The notes beneath the pieces were generated by a model that had not been told where the DNA came from, made no database searches, and saw only the letters and a list, made by a program, of their open reading frames with translations. Shown here in pieces: positions 1 to 10,016 of a stretch of 64,000 nt of DNA (its first letter is position 1; each line of letters starts with the position of its first letter). The stretch covers positions 32,001 through 96,000 of the forward strand of contig CAVYNY010000030.1 in NCBI GenBank assembly GCA_963769935.1. The letters are read 5' to 3'. The position numbers and the translations under genes were made by a program. This stretch comes from an uncultured delta proteobacterium. GTDB lineage: Bacteria > Desulfobacterota > Desulfobacteria > Desulfobacterales > JAFDCJ01.

Positions 1-333
1 ACACCCAAGGAAATCGAAGAGCTCGGCGCTTCCCTCGCCGAATCGGGCAAATCCATCGTTTTGGAATCAGGCCTTGAATCTGACGACGAGGAGGAATCGC
101 CGGAAGCCTACGACGACGAATCGGAAACGCCGGAAGCCTACGACGACGAGCCGGAATCGTCGGAAAGCCCTGAGGAAGTCGACCAATTCCCTGAAGAATA
201 TGAACCGGGAGGGGAAGAAACCCCGGCTGTCCCTGCCAACCCAATCCCCGATGCAGCCAAGGATACCTTGCCGGAAAAGGGGGTTGAAGAACCGGAGGCA
301 GCACCGGCAGAAAATCCTAAGGAGGATCAGTGA
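1..333 (+). CDS. 3' end of a CDS with long acidic low-complexity tail; probably SMC-Scp subunit ScpB (partial)
   Basis: Frame open from base 1 (TPKEIEELGASLAESG...). TPKEIEEL resembles the LPTxKEIEEL end of the ScpB core; a D/E/P-rich tail follows. Confidence 0.45.
   Translation, partial: TPKEIEELGASLAESGKSIVLESGLESDDEEESPEAYDDESETPEAYDDEPESSESPEEVDQFPEEYEPGGEETPAVPANPIPDAAKDTLPEKGVEEPEAAPAENPKEDQ
94..165 (+). repeat. In-frame 30-bp tandem repeat (about 2.4 copies; ESPEAYDDES/ETPEAYDDEP)
   Basis: gaatcgccggaagcctacgacgacgaatcg / gaaacgccggaagcctacgacgacgagccg / gaatcgtcggaa. Confidence 0.85.
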
Positions 334-455
334 TTTCGTAAAGAATGCGATTCCAGAATTAACGATGACGCTGTGGAAAATTTAAAAAAAGCGCTTGATT
401 TATGGATGTAAACTCATTATTTAGGAAAAGCGCTTCAAATCGAAAAAAATTATTC

Positions 456-530
456 GGGCGGTTAACTCAGCGGGAGAGTGCTACCTTCACACGGTAGAAG
501 TCACTGGTTCAAACCCAGTACCGCCTACCA
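456..530 (+). tRNA. tRNA-Val (anticodon CAC)
   Basis: GGGCGGT/ACCGCCT acceptor stem, anticodon arm CTACC-TTCACAC-GGTAG, GGTTCAAAC T-loop, encoded CCA. Confidence 0.97.
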
Positions 531-537
531 GTAAAAT

Positions 538-579
538 AAAGGGCTTGCAGACTTGACAGTTTGTAAGCCCTTTTTCTTT
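538..579 (+). terminator. Rho-independent terminator after tRNA-Val
   Basis: aaagggcttgcagac / gtttgtaagcccttt stem (with G-U pairs) followed by T-run. Confidence 0.8.
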
Positions 580-685
580 ATTCCACATCAACTGAGGAAC
601 TTTCAGATCCAACCCCTATCCATGGCATCCGGTGCCGCCAAACATCCCCTTCCCTCCATAATTTTATCCGAGTTGCTAAAATCTC

Positions 686-740
686 TTGACAATCATAAAA
701 ATATTTGGGAAATATTTCCCAAATTTAAACTTTTCCCAAT
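686..740 (+). promoter_or_regulatory. Sigma70-type -35 box plus perfect 22-bp palindromic operator candidate
   Basis: TTGACA at 686-691; ATTTGGGAAAT|ATTTCCCAAAT at 703-724 covering the expected -10; extra half-site TTTTCCCAAT at 731-740. Confidence 0.7.
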
Positions 741-807
741 CAAAATCATCCTGCAGCTTCTTGAGGATCATTTAAGCTGAAAACCTCGACGCGGGGTCTC
801 AATTCTC

Positions 808-1635
808 ATGGCAGATAAAAAAAATCAGGTGCTTTATGCGGCGATCGCTCGCATTCTGCGCCCTCTCATCCACATCCTTATACGCAACGGCATATCCTAC
901 GTCACCTTCGCCGACCTGGCCAAATGGCTGTTTGTGGACGTGGCCAAACGGGAGTTTGCCATTACAGCCCGCAAGCAGACCATTTCCCGCGTATCTGTCA
1001 TTACCGGTTTAAACCGCAAGGAAGTCAAACGGGTTTCCGAATTGCCCGTACCCGACGACCAAGCCAGCGACGAGCGCTATAATCGCGCAGCCCGGGTAAT
1101 AGCCGGCTGGCGCCGGGATAAAACGTTTCGAGATGCTAAGGGTAAACCGTCTGTTTTGGCGCTCTCCGGAGAGGGGGCGACGTTTCAGACTCTGGTTAAA
1201 AAATACAGCGGTGATATGCCGTTTCGCGCGGTTCTGGACGAATTAGTCCGGGTGGGCGCCGTACTTCAAACCGATGACGGCCGGGTGCACCTTTCAGCCC
1301 GCGCCTATTTGCCGTCCGGCGATGAAACCATGAAAATCCATATTCTCGGCACGGATGTCGCGCATCTTATCTCATCCATCCGGCACAACCTGAAACCGGA
1401 TGCCCGGGGATCCTTTTATCAACGCAAAGTCATGTACGACAACCTGCCGGATGGAGTTTTACCCGCCTTTCGCAAGTTGTCGGCTGAATCCGGCCAAAAG
1501 TTACTGGAAAAACTGGATGGTTGGCTCTCCGATCGTGATCGGGATACCGGGCAAGACGGCAGCGGCACCGACCGCAATGTTGCCGGGCTCGGCATCTACT
1601 ATTTCGAGGAACCTTATGAAGAAAAAGAAGAATAA
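808..1635 (+). CDS. DUF6502-family protein, putative HTH DNA-binding regulator
   Basis: RILRPLIHILIRNG...SRVSVITGLNRKEV (HTH-like), W at VIAGW, FQTLV..YSGD...AVLDEL, C-terminal GLGIYYF; adjacent to DUF5666 gene as is typical. Confidence 0.8.
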   Translation: MADKKNQVLYAAIARILRPLIHILIRNGISYVTFADLAKWLFVDVAKREFAITARKQTISRVSVITGLNRKEVKRVSELPVPDDQASDERYNRAARVIAGWRRDKTFRDAKGKPSVLALSGEGATFQTLVKKYSGDMPFRAVLDELVRVGAVLQTDDGRVHLSARAYLPSGDETMKIHILGTDVAHLISSIRHNLKPDARGSFYQRKVMYDNLPDGVLPAFRKLSAESGQKLLEKLDGWLSDRDRDTGQDGSGTDRNVAGLGIYYFEEPYEEKEE

Positions 1636-3094
1636 AACAACGTTACGCCAAATGACCATTAGGACTGTCATCGGAGCAATTTTGATCTTCATGGCGTTAT
1701 TCACCCAGACGGCCTGCAATGAGGGCGGTGGCGGCGGTCTGCTGGCGGGCGGCGGCATCGGCGGCACCGGCATCAGTGTCGGCACAATCTCCGGATTCGG
1801 CAGTGTTCTCGTCAATGATGTCGATTTTGATACGAAGAAGGCCAAGGTCTTTATCAACGGCAGGCAGGTCGGCGAAGGGGATTCCGACGTCAGGAATAAG
1901 CTTGCTTTGGGTATGGTCGTGCGGGTCGAGGGCAAATTTCTAGGGAACGGCGCCGGCAAAGCCGACCGCATCGTATTTAATGAAAATGTGAAGGGGCCCG
2001 TCACGAACATCGAAACTCTGGATACGGTGATTAAAAAAATCACGGTACTGGGTCAAATTGTTATCATTGACGACGGTACGAATTTTACTGGTACCGATTT
2101 CGACAGCCTAACAGTGGGCAATGTGCTTCAAATCAGCGGCTGGAGGGATGGGTCTGGCGTTATCCAGGCCACCTACATTGCCCTTATTACAGATCCCTCA
2201 GCCGAGGTCACGATCAGAGGTATTATCACGGAAGTAAATGTCCCGCAGAAAAATTTGCACATCAATCGGTTGAGCGTCGATTTTTCACAAGCCGCTCTCA
2301 AGGGATTCCCTGATGATGAACTGCCGGCATTAGGCCAGTTGGTTGTCGCCACAGGGTTTTTGGATGTCAACGGTGCTATGGCTGCTGAAGAAGTCGGCCT
2401 TGAAAATTATCTGGGAGTCGAGGACGCCGATGACGTTGAAATTGAAGGCATTGTCTCGCAGGTTTCATCACCTTCCGATTTCGTCCTGGGGGCGACGGCG
2501 GTTCAAACCGACGCAGCGACCGCATTTAAAGGAATAGAGCCCAGTGACATCGTTGCCGGGACACGACTGTTGGTAAAAGGCGCTCTGACACAAGGCCGCC
2601 TGCTCGCCGATGAGGTGATGGCCAAAGATAAAGTCAATCTCGAAGGTACGGTCGAATCCGTCGACAATGACCGGGCGGAAATCTCGCTTCTCGGACTCGA
2701 CGCTTTAGTTATCCACATCAACAACTTCACCAAAATATTCGGTGATGCAGCCGAGTTGACTGATGTCCGGCAAGGCCAGCATGCGAAAATCCTTGGACTT
2801 TGTCGCCGGAGTAAATAAAGTAGAAGCGCTCCAGATGAAGGTCGAAATAAAGAAAGCGCCAAGGTAAGACTGCAAGGTCCGGTCACGCATATCAACCGTC
2901 CGATCATTTCGGTATTCAGTGTTGACGTAAATACCGACGCCATACCGGAAAATGGATTCGGGACCATGGAGGATGGCCCGGTTTCCCGCAACGATTTTTT
3001 TAATCTGGTAATTAGAGGCGATATAGTCGGTGCCAAGGGGAATTTGATCGGCAACGAAATTGAATGGGGAGAAATCGAACTACTACAGGAATGA
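1616..3094 (+). pseudogene. DUF5666 multi-repeat lipoprotein interrupted by a compensating +1/-1 indel pair (possibly sequencing error)
   Basis: ATG 1616 with GAGGA RBS; signal peptide ending TAC, GGGIGGTG...GTISGFGSV motif and repeated beta-rich units. Stop at 2816-2818, but the +1 frame reads FVAGVNKVEALQMKVE and the original frame resumes KESAKVRLQGPV...EIELLQE* to 3094. Confidence 0.75.
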
Positions 3095-3273
3095 CGCCTT
3101 TAGATTTACCAAACGGTTAGGTCGTCAATTTTATTTTAAAAAAGGAGTTTAGAGAGGCTTAAAAAAACAATGGCTAAATCGGGTCGAGTTTCGGTGAAAG
3201 CCGGGTTCAGGAAAAGAGCATGGGCAACGCCGAAACTTTAGAGAAACCATTAGGCATCAAGGAGGAGGACAAA

Positions 3274-4899
3274 ATGAACACATTTTATAAGCGTCCAGGA
3301 TCAATTTTATTTATAACATTAATAGCCGCAGCGTTTATATTGGTGGGCTGCGGTGGAAGCGGCGGGGGTTCCGACGGCTTTAGTACCGGCTCATCATCCG
3401 GGAGCGGCAATGTAGCTCTACTGTTGGCAGATGGTCCGGCAGAAAACTACGATAACATTTGGATCAGCGTTACCAAGGTTTTACTGATTCCTGCGGATAG
3501 AAATCCCAATGGATCGCCGGTTGTCATATTTGAATCCAATAAGGGGCATGAAATTGATTTACTTGAATTGCGCGATCAGGACTTTTTGTTAACTGTTAAA
3601 AAGCGTGTTCCGGCAGGATGGTATTCAAAGGTCAGGCTGGAAGTCAACGGAATCCGGTCTGAAGGTGGTGACTGCGACAATTTACAATTAAAACTTCCGA
3701 GCGGCAAAATTGATCTTAATCCCCGCAGTGAGTTCGAGGTTCGATCCGGGCAGACGCTTTCGATACGTTTGGACATCGATGCCAACAAATCAATCAACCT
3801 TCATGAAGCCGGAAATTCAGGCAAATGTATATTCCGGCCGGTGGTATTTGTCGATATCGAAACAATCATAACTCCACAGCGCTGTCCCCGGCTTCTAACC
3901 GGAGAAATTATCAGTCTTGTAAAAAACGAAAGAACGGGAGTTGTTGAAGGATTTGCTCTAGATCTTACCGACAACCGGGGGCGTATTGATGTTTGGCTTT
4001 CAGACGATCCCCGCCAGCCTACCATAATTTTTGGAGAAGATGGAAACCGTGTGAGACCCAATGCTCTCCAACCTGGGCAAGAGGTTCGGGTGAGAGGAAA
4101 GATAACATCACAGGGCGACCTCACAGCCTCAGTTGTAGTCATTGGAGATGTTCTAAATGCCAAGGGAATTGTCGTATCCCCGGTTGACAGCGCTTCCATA
4201 TTTCCGCTTAAATTAGATCCTGGACAGAAGCTCATTGGTGAACAGGTCAATGTAGAGGTAACAATGGCAACCCTTGTTCTATTAGGATGCGACGAGGAAG
4301 TGAGCCCTGATGCGATACAGAGAGGCAAGCGCGCCAGGGTTGTCGGCAAATTCGATGTAAATGAAAATGTTCTGCGTGCGGTAGCAATATTCCTGGAGTC
4401 AGAAGAGATATTTGGTGACTTGGTGAGCATTGATCGCGCAACTGGCGGCACAAACCTTGTTGTTGACCTTCAGGACGGAGGTCAATTCAACGTTTTTCTG
4501 CCGCAGGAAACACCGATTTATCTTCAGGGTGATGGGGAGGTACCCCTCGGGTTCCTAAATCAGCTACTGGTTTGCGGTCCAAAGAAAGTACGGATTGCCC
4601 TGGATCCTGAAGAAGCTGAACCAACAGCCCAGGAGGTCCGGGTAGAGCAGGACCGTCTTAATGGTAAGGTAGAAGCGATATCCAGTGACCGGGTAGTTAG
4701 TCTGGAGGGAGGAATACCGGTCAGAATTCAAGAAGGAGCGACAATCCTGTTGAACACAGAGTCTGCTGATATTCCGGTCGACATTGATGTCATAAAAAAC
4801 GGTGATGAGTTGACTCTTTACGGTCTTGAGGCGTGCGATGAAATTGAGGAAAATTTTTATGCCTATGTTGTATTAATCAAGGAATCGTCAACAGATTGA
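3274..4899 (+). CDS. Lipoprotein with N-terminal DUF4382 domain and DUF5666-like repeats
   Basis: GGAGGAGG RBS; lipobox LVGC; LLADGP...IDLLEL...PAGWYSKVRL...LKLPSG...DIDANKSI...IFRPV is the DUF4382 pattern; LQPGQEVRVRG repeats. Confidence 0.75.
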   Translation: MNTFYKRPGSILFITLIAAAFILVGCGGSGGGSDGFSTGSSSGSGNVALLLADGPAENYDNIWISVTKVLLIPADRNPNGSPVVIFESNKGHEIDLLELRDQDFLLTVKKRVPAGWYSKVRLEVNGIRSEGGDCDNLQLKLPSGKIDLNPRSEFEVRSGQTLSIRLDIDANKSINLHEAGNSGKCIFRPVVFVDIETIITPQRCPRLLTGEIISLVKNERTGVVEGFALDLTDNRGRIDVWLSDDPRQPTIIFGEDGNRVRPNALQPGQEVRVRGKITSQGDLTASVVVIGDVLNAKGIVVSPVDSASIFPLKLDPGQKLIGEQVNVEVTMATLVLLGCDEEVSPDAIQRGKRARVVGKFDVNENVLRAVAIFLESEEIFGDLVSIDRATGGTNLVVDLQDGGQFNVFLPQETPIYLQGDGEVPLGFLNQLLVCGPKKVRIALDPEEAEPTAQEVRVEQDRLNGKVEAISSDRVVSLEGGIPVRIQEGATILLNTESADIPVDIDVIKNGDELTLYGLEACDEIEENFYAYVVLIKESSTD

Positions 4900-5023
4900 A
4901 GCACTGACAACTATTATGAGGACTATGATAAGGATGACAAATACTATCAGAAAAAAAAGACAAGGATAAGAATAAATAGTCAGCACAGGTAATAACCCTA
5001 TCGGTTAGCCTGAAAAAGTGGAA

Positions 5024-5049
5024 GTCCGGGGAGCATTTGTTCCCCGGAC
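5024..5049. terminator. GC-rich hairpin, probable terminator or stabiliser after the lipoprotein cluster
   Basis: gtccggggagca-tt-tgttccccggac. Confidence 0.55.
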
Positions 5050-5154
5050 CCCAAAAATTCAAAGCTATCCCAAAAAAGTTTGTATATTCTATACCCGGCT
5101 GCAAAACTGCAATCTCGCAGCGATAGGCAGCCGAGCAAATTTTATTTAAACGCC

Positions 5155-5784
5155 ATGCGAAGATTTACCAAAAATAGTTTTCTCTATGATTTTTCACCAG
5201 AGCTTGTGAAGGAATGGCACCCTTCGGCCAATGGCATGCTGACACCGAGGACTGTAAAAATTGCCTATCATGGAAGGGTGTGGTGGATTTGCGGCCAAAG
5301 CCATGAATGGCAGGCGACCATTAAATCCCGCCTAAATGGCATGAGTTGCCCGTTTTGTGTGCGGGATGGGAATACCATCAATCGGCAGAAAAACACAAAA
5401 AGCCAAGATTTAAACGCGAAGCAAGAGAAGGACCGGACAGCTCTCCAAACACCCTTTACAGCCTTTGAGTCAGATGGGTCTGATGACAACTTGGGCCACG
5501 ATTTTAGGAAAACCAGGCGCTATATGACCAAGGCTACCGCGGTGCTCGAAAATCGGATCTCCGGACATTGGTTTTATACCGATGTTAAAAATTTTAGCGT
5601 CGGCGGGATGTGCTTCGAATCGGCAGCGCCCGTCAAACCCGGCACACAGATCATTATTAAATTGGATCGTGCGCTTCTCACCCCCAATCGCAAAACTTAC
5701 AATTGTATCGTCAGATGGTGCCGAACATTGGACGATGAGGATAAAACATTTTCCGGATACGCCATCGGCGCGAAATATATTTAA
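5155..5784 (+). CDS. Zinc-ribbon (DUF4379-type) domain fused to C-terminal PilZ domain
   Basis: PELVKEWHP..N...VWWIC..HEWQATI..R...CPFC; PilZ motifs RKTRR and NFSVGG, IVRWC, YAIG. Confidence 0.75.
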   Translation: MRRFTKNSFLYDFSPELVKEWHPSANGMLTPRTVKIAYHGRVWWICGQSHEWQATIKSRLNGMSCPFCVRDGNTINRQKNTKSQDLNAKQEKDRTALQTPFTAFESDGSDDNLGHDFRKTRRYMTKATAVLENRISGHWFYTDVKNFSVGGMCFESAAPVKPGTQIIIKLDRALLTPNRKTYNCIVRWCRTLDDEDKTFSGYAIGAKYI

Positions 5785-5955
5785 TCCCCCCTGTTGGATC
5801 CTTTTCCCGGATGGGAATCGCAGTATTTAATCTGCCGATTCAGCTGGCAGTCTAAAAAAAAATCCAACCCACCTCCAACAACCGCCGTGAACTGTGGATT
5901 CCAAAGATCGATCACGCGCTTGACAACGATTGCCGGTGTAACCATTTTTATTGAA

Positions 5956-8607
5956 ATGAACCTGCCGCTGAAAATTCTTTTAGTCGAAGACAATCCCAGC
6001 GATGCCGACCTCATCCAGGAGGTTTTGTCTCCCAACGGCTCGATCGACTTTAAAATCGTATGGGTGTCCCGCCTGTGCGATGCACTCGGCCGTCTGGGTG
6101 AAAACGCAACGGACCTCGCGCTTCTGGATCTCGGCCTGCCGGACAGCCAAGGCATCGACACCGTAAGTTCGGTTGCAAAAGCAGCGCCTTATCTTCCGAT
6201 AGTTGTCCTGACCGGCTTGGATGATGAACCAACCGGGATTGCCGCCGTACATGAAGGTGCCCAGGATTATCTCTTCAAAGGAGATATAAATCCTAATTTG
6301 CTCCGGCGCGCCATTAATTATGCGATGGAACGTAAGAAGATTGAACAGGAACTGAAAGCGAGTGAGACAAGGTTTAAAGAAATATTTGACCATACCGACA
6401 ATGGGGTTGCCGTTTATCGGGCTATAAACGACGGGCACAATTTTATCCTGACGGATCTTAACAAATCAGTTGAGAGAATTGAAAGCATACACCGGATTGA
6501 GGTTATCGGACAAAAAGCAACCCATATCTTTCCCGGCCTGGAGGATTGCGGACTTCTGGAAGTTTTTCAGCGGGTGTGGCTTACCGGTAATCCCGAACAC
6601 CCGCCCATATTTTATTATAAAGATCAGAGGATTTGCGGGTGGCGTGACAGCTATATTAATAAACTCCCATCCGGTGAAATTGTCGCCATTTACAGCGATG
6701 AAACCCAACGCATCCAAGCGCAGCAGGAGTTAAAAGAATCCGAACAGCGATATCGGACAGCCATTGAACATTCCAATGACGGGGTGGCAATTTTGAGGGA
6801 GATGCGGCATGTATATGTCAATCAAAAATATCTTGAAATTTTCGACTACCGGCAACCCGAAGCGCTCATCGACCACCCTATTTCCAAAATACTGCATCCG
6901 GATGATGCGCAAAACGTATTGGATCTCATAAATCGCAGGGAAAAAGGGGAGCCCGCGCCTTCGCGGTATGAATGCAAAGGACTTAAGAAAGATGGACAGA
7001 CCGTATACATCGAAGCCTCGGTTGCCCAAACAACCTTTCAGGGCGATACGGTTACGCTGGCCTATCTGAGAGATATTACCCCGAGAAGAAAGGCCGAAGA
7101 AGACCGCCTGCGCCTGGCAACAGCTATTGAACAGGCATCTGAAATTGTCCTCATCACCAATCGGGATGGCGATATTTTGTATGGTAATCCGGCCCTCGAA
7201 AAAATTTCCGGCTACAATAAAGCGGAACTTATCGGTCAAAATCCCAGAATTCTGAAAAGCGGCAAACATGATCGCGCATTTTATCAATCTATGTGGGGTA
7301 CCTTGATTAGCGGCAATGTGTGGAAAGGTCGCATCGTCAACCGCAGAAAGGACGGAAGTTTGTACGAGGAGGACGCAACTATCACACCGATAAAAGACGC
7401 CAGCGGCGACATAACCAATTACGTTGCCGTGAAACGCGATGTTACCGAGGAGATCAGAAAAGAAAGGCAGCTCCGCCAGGCCCAAAAAATGGAGGCCATC
7501 GGAACCCTAGCAGGTGGAATTGCCCATGATTTCAACAATATTCTGTCTGCCATCATCGGTTATGCGGAACTCACACTGGAGAAAGTCCAAAATAATGAAT
7601 CCCTCCGAAATTACCTGAATGAAATATTCAATGCCGGCGTCCGCGCCAAAGATCTGGTAAAGCAGATACTGGCCTTCAGTCGTCAATCAGAGGAGGAACT
7701 CAGACCGGTTCAAGTCGATCTCATTGTAAAAGAAGTGTTAAAACTGCTCAGGGCCTCCTTGCCGACCACCATCGCGATTCATCAAAACATCCGCAGCAAC
7801 AAGTCGGTGCTGGCAGATCCAACCCAGATTCATCAAATTCTGATGAATCTGGGTACCAATGCCGGCCATTCCATGCGGGATAAAGGCGGTTTATTGGAGG
7901 TAAGTCTTGTTGTTGAGGAATTGGATACCGGGTTTGCGGCCAGGTATCCCGAAGTTACACCCGGCCCCTACCTGAAACTGAGCGTCTGCGATACCGGCCA
8001 CGGGATCTCCCCTGAAAATTTGGACAAAATATTTGATCCGTTTTTTACTACAAAAAAAAGAGGAGAAGGCACCGGAATGGGCTTAGCTGTTGTTCATGGT
8101 ATTGTCAGGAGCCTCGGCGGTGCGATAACGGTTTACAGCGAGTTGGAGAAAGGTACGACTTTTACTGTTTATCTTCCGGTCATCGGCTTGGACAGCACGC
8201 TGGAAATAAAAACAAAGGAACCGCTGCCCTTAGGCACCGAGCGTATCCTCTTCGTTGACGACGAGAAGACTTTGGCCGATTTAGGAAGAAAAATGCTGGA
8301 GCAGCATGGTTATGTGGTAACCACCCGGACCAGCAGTACGGAAGCGCTGGAGCTGTTTAAATCCCAACCGGATGAATTCGATATGGTTATTACCGACTTG
8401 ACCATGCCCAATATGACAGGAAAATATTTAGCGCAGGAAATAATGAAGATACGGCCGAACATACCGGTTATTATCTGCACGGGGTTCAGTGAGGAGGTTA
8501 CCGGCGAAACGGCCAAAGCTGCCGGCATCAAAGCGTTTATCCACAAACCGATGACCAGCGCAGTGCTTATTACTACCGTTCAAAAGGTGTTAAATCATCA
8601 TTTATAA
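5956..8607 (+). CDS. Cytoplasmic hybrid histidine kinase (REC-PAS x3-HisKA-HATPase-REC)
   Basis: [14 protein letters not shown] receiver; PAS repeats; GIAHDFNN H-box; NA, DTGHG, FFTTK, GTGMGL boxes; C-terminal FVDDE/ITDLTMP. Confidence 0.93.
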   Translation: MNLPLKILLVEDNPSDADLIQEVLSPNGSIDFKIVWVSRLCDALGRLGENATDLALLDLGLPDSQGIDTVSSVAKAAPYLPIVVLTGLDDEPTGIAAVHEGAQDYLFKGDINPNLLRRAINYAMERKKIEQELKASETRFKEIFDHTDNGVAVYRAINDGHNFILTDLNKSVERIESIHRIEVIGQKATHIFPGLEDCGLLEVFQRVWLTGNPEHPPIFYYKDQRICGWRDSYINKLPSGEIVAIYSDETQRIQAQQELKESEQRYRTAIEHSNDGVAILREMRHVYVNQKYLEIFDYRQPEALIDHPISKILHPDDAQNVLDLINRREKGEPAPSRYECKGLKKDGQTVYIEASVAQTTFQGDTVTLAYLRDITPRRKAEEDRLRLATAIEQASEIVLITNRDGDILYGNPALEKISGYNKAELIGQNPRILKSGKHDRAFYQSMWGTLISGNVWKGRIVNRRKDGSLYEEDATITPIKDASGDITNYVAVKRDVTEEIRKERQLRQAQKMEAIGTLAGGIAHDFNNILSAIIGYAELTLEKVQNNESLRNYLNEIFNAGVRAKDLVKQILAFSRQSEEELRPVQVDLIVKEVLKLLRASLPTTIAIHQNIRSNKSVLADPTQIHQILMNLGTNAGHSMRDKGGLLEVSLVVEELDTGFAARYPEVTPGPYLKLSVCDTGHGISPENLDKIFDPFFTTKKRGEGTGMGLAVVHGIVRSLGGAITVYSELEKGTTFTVYLPVIGLDSTLEIKTKEPLPLGTERILFVDDEKTLADLGRKMLEQHGYVVTTRTSSTEALELFKSQPDEFDMVITDLTMPNMTGKYLAQEIMKIRPNIPVIICTGFSEEVTGETAKAAGIKAFIHKPMTSAVLITTVQKVLNHHL

Positions 8608-8656
8608 AGGCATCTAACCAGATTCGACAAACTCCGATAGTGAGCCGCCGGTGGCC

Positions 8657-8711
8657 GTATCCTTGTATCCGATATTCACCATCCAGCATCCAGTATCCAC
8701 CATCCGGCATC
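8657..8711. repeat. Degenerate 7-bp tandem repeats (CATCCAG family)
   Basis: gtatccttgtatccgatattcaccatccagcatccagtatccaccatccggcatc between convergent genes. Confidence 0.7.
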
Positions 8712-9054
8712 AATCTCCTATCTTTTTCAGCACCTGACTTTCCTCGCCCTTGTCCATATCGTCCAGCGCATAGCCAAGTGCCGCCTCCAGGAGGGTAGAC
8801 TTGTTATCGATGGCAACACCGGCCAGCTTTAATTCGTGAAACTTGTGGTTAAACCGGTTGAGGAGATCAACGGAAAGATAAAATCCGGCTTTCTTTTTGG
8901 CCGCCGCTGGAACGGCTGGTCCGGTATTGGCTGCTGCTCCGGACGGCGCAGCATCGTCTTGCGGCAAATGCCGGGGATACCCTGTGGCGGTTTCCACCGG
9001 GTCCAACCCTTCTTCATCGAAAAAATCAGGTGTTTTTTTCCTTCCGGGCGCCAT
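8710..9054 (-). CDS. Small ParA-associated protein; disordered N-terminus and putative ribbon-helix-helix C-terminus
   Basis: Overlaps parA stop; KKKAGFYLSVDLLNRF...KSTLLEAAL has a beta-alpha-alpha pattern. Confidence 0.6.
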   Translation of the reverse strand: MAPGRKKTPDFFDEEGLDPVETATGYPRHLPQDDAAPSGAAANTGPAVPAAAKKKAGFYLSVDLLNRFNHKFHELKLAGVAIDNKSTLLEAALGYALDDMDKGEESQVLKKIGD

Positions 9055-9811
9055 GATTTATAATCCTCCTGATCAAATTTTGGTAATCCTGGGCGCCCTG
9101 GGCCCGGGCGTCGTATTCAAATATGGACTGCCCGTGGGCCGGGGCTTCGGACAAACGAACATTGTAGTGAATGGGATCGCATAGTTGCCGGTTGAAAAAT
9201 TTCTGAAGCTGTTCGAAAATTTCCTGGCTGTGCCGCGTTCTGCGATCAAACATCGTGGGCAATATGTATTCCAGCCGCAGATTGAGGTTTAATTTCTGGG
9301 CCGATTGCAGGTACCTGAAAAAAGTTTTTAAACCCTGCAGCGAAGGCCCCTGCAAGGCAACCGGACACAGGACTTCAGTTGCCGCCATGAGGATGTTGAC
9401 GCTCAGCACATCCCAGCCCGGCGCGCAATCAAAAATCAGAAAATCCAGCGAACCCTCTTTGGGAACCAGTTTTTGGGCCAGAACGGTTTGCCGAATCTCC
9501 CGGGACTGCTCCCCCAGCCAGTTTTTCAATTCCACCAGCCGGATACCGCCATCCAGAATCCAAAGGTTTGGCCGGGTTGGATGGATGGTATCGTTTTTAG
9601 AGATATGCTGCCCGTCTTCCAGATGCTCGGTAATGAATTCATAAAGTCCGTAGCTCGGTTTTTCGCCTAAAAATTTAGCGACCTGCCCTTGGGTATCGCA
9701 GTCGACGAGCAATACCCGCTTTCCCTGCGCGGCGAGCCCGCATGCCAGATTAACGGCAGTGGTGGTTTTCCCCACCCCGCCTTTGGCCATGGCAACAGCA
9801 ATTTTTCGCAT
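9026..9811 (-). CDS. parA: ParA/Soj-family ATPase (orphan)
   Basis: Deviant Walker A KGGVGKTTT, LVDCDTQG, IFDCAP, TMFDRR, VRLSEAP. Confidence 0.9.
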   Translation of the reverse strand: MRKIAVAMAKGGVGKTTTAVNLACGLAAQGKRVLLVDCDTQGQVAKFLGEKPSYGLYEFITEHLEDGQHISKNDTIHPTRPNLWILDGGIRLVELKNWLGEQSREIRQTVLAQKLVPKEGSLDFLIFDCAPGWDVLSVNILMAATEVLCPVALQGPSLQGLKTFFRYLQSAQKLNLNLRLEYILPTMFDRRTRHSQEIFEQLQKFFNRQLCDPIHYNVRLSEAPAHGQSIFEYDARAQGAQDYQNLIRRIINHGARKEKNT

Positions 9812-9966
9812 GCGGCAATTCCTTTTCTTATATTCTCGAACTCTTCTGTTCGTATATTATAGAATTATTCCTTAGATGACAAGCATATATGTACAATTTA
9901 ATTTTTTTCAGTTTGATTGAGTAGCAGGCATTCTGGAATCTCAGAGCTGAATGAAGAAGCAGATCA

Positions 9967-9995
9967 TAAGCTGTTAAGCTGATCAGCTGTTAAGC
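9967..9995. repeat. 8-bp tandem repeats (TAAGCTGT family)
   Basis: taagctgt taagctga tcagctgt taagc. Confidence 0.6.
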
Positions 9996-10016
9996 AAAAA
10001 GGAATAAGAATCAAAT

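Noticed and set aside
456..800. tRNA-Val as attachment site of a genomic island
   Set aside because: No integrase nearby and no duplicated tRNA 3' end noticed in the window.
1400..1615. N-terminal extension of the 1400..2818 ORF
   Set aside because: Overlaps DUF6502; ATG 1616 has an RBS and gives a proper signal peptide.
3170..3240. c-di-GMP-I riboswitch
   Set aside because: A GAAA-loop hairpin is present, but the conserved GCAAA and P2 elements are not.
4897..4899. Selenocysteine TGA
   Set aside because: No SECIS-like hairpin downstream and no redox motif context.
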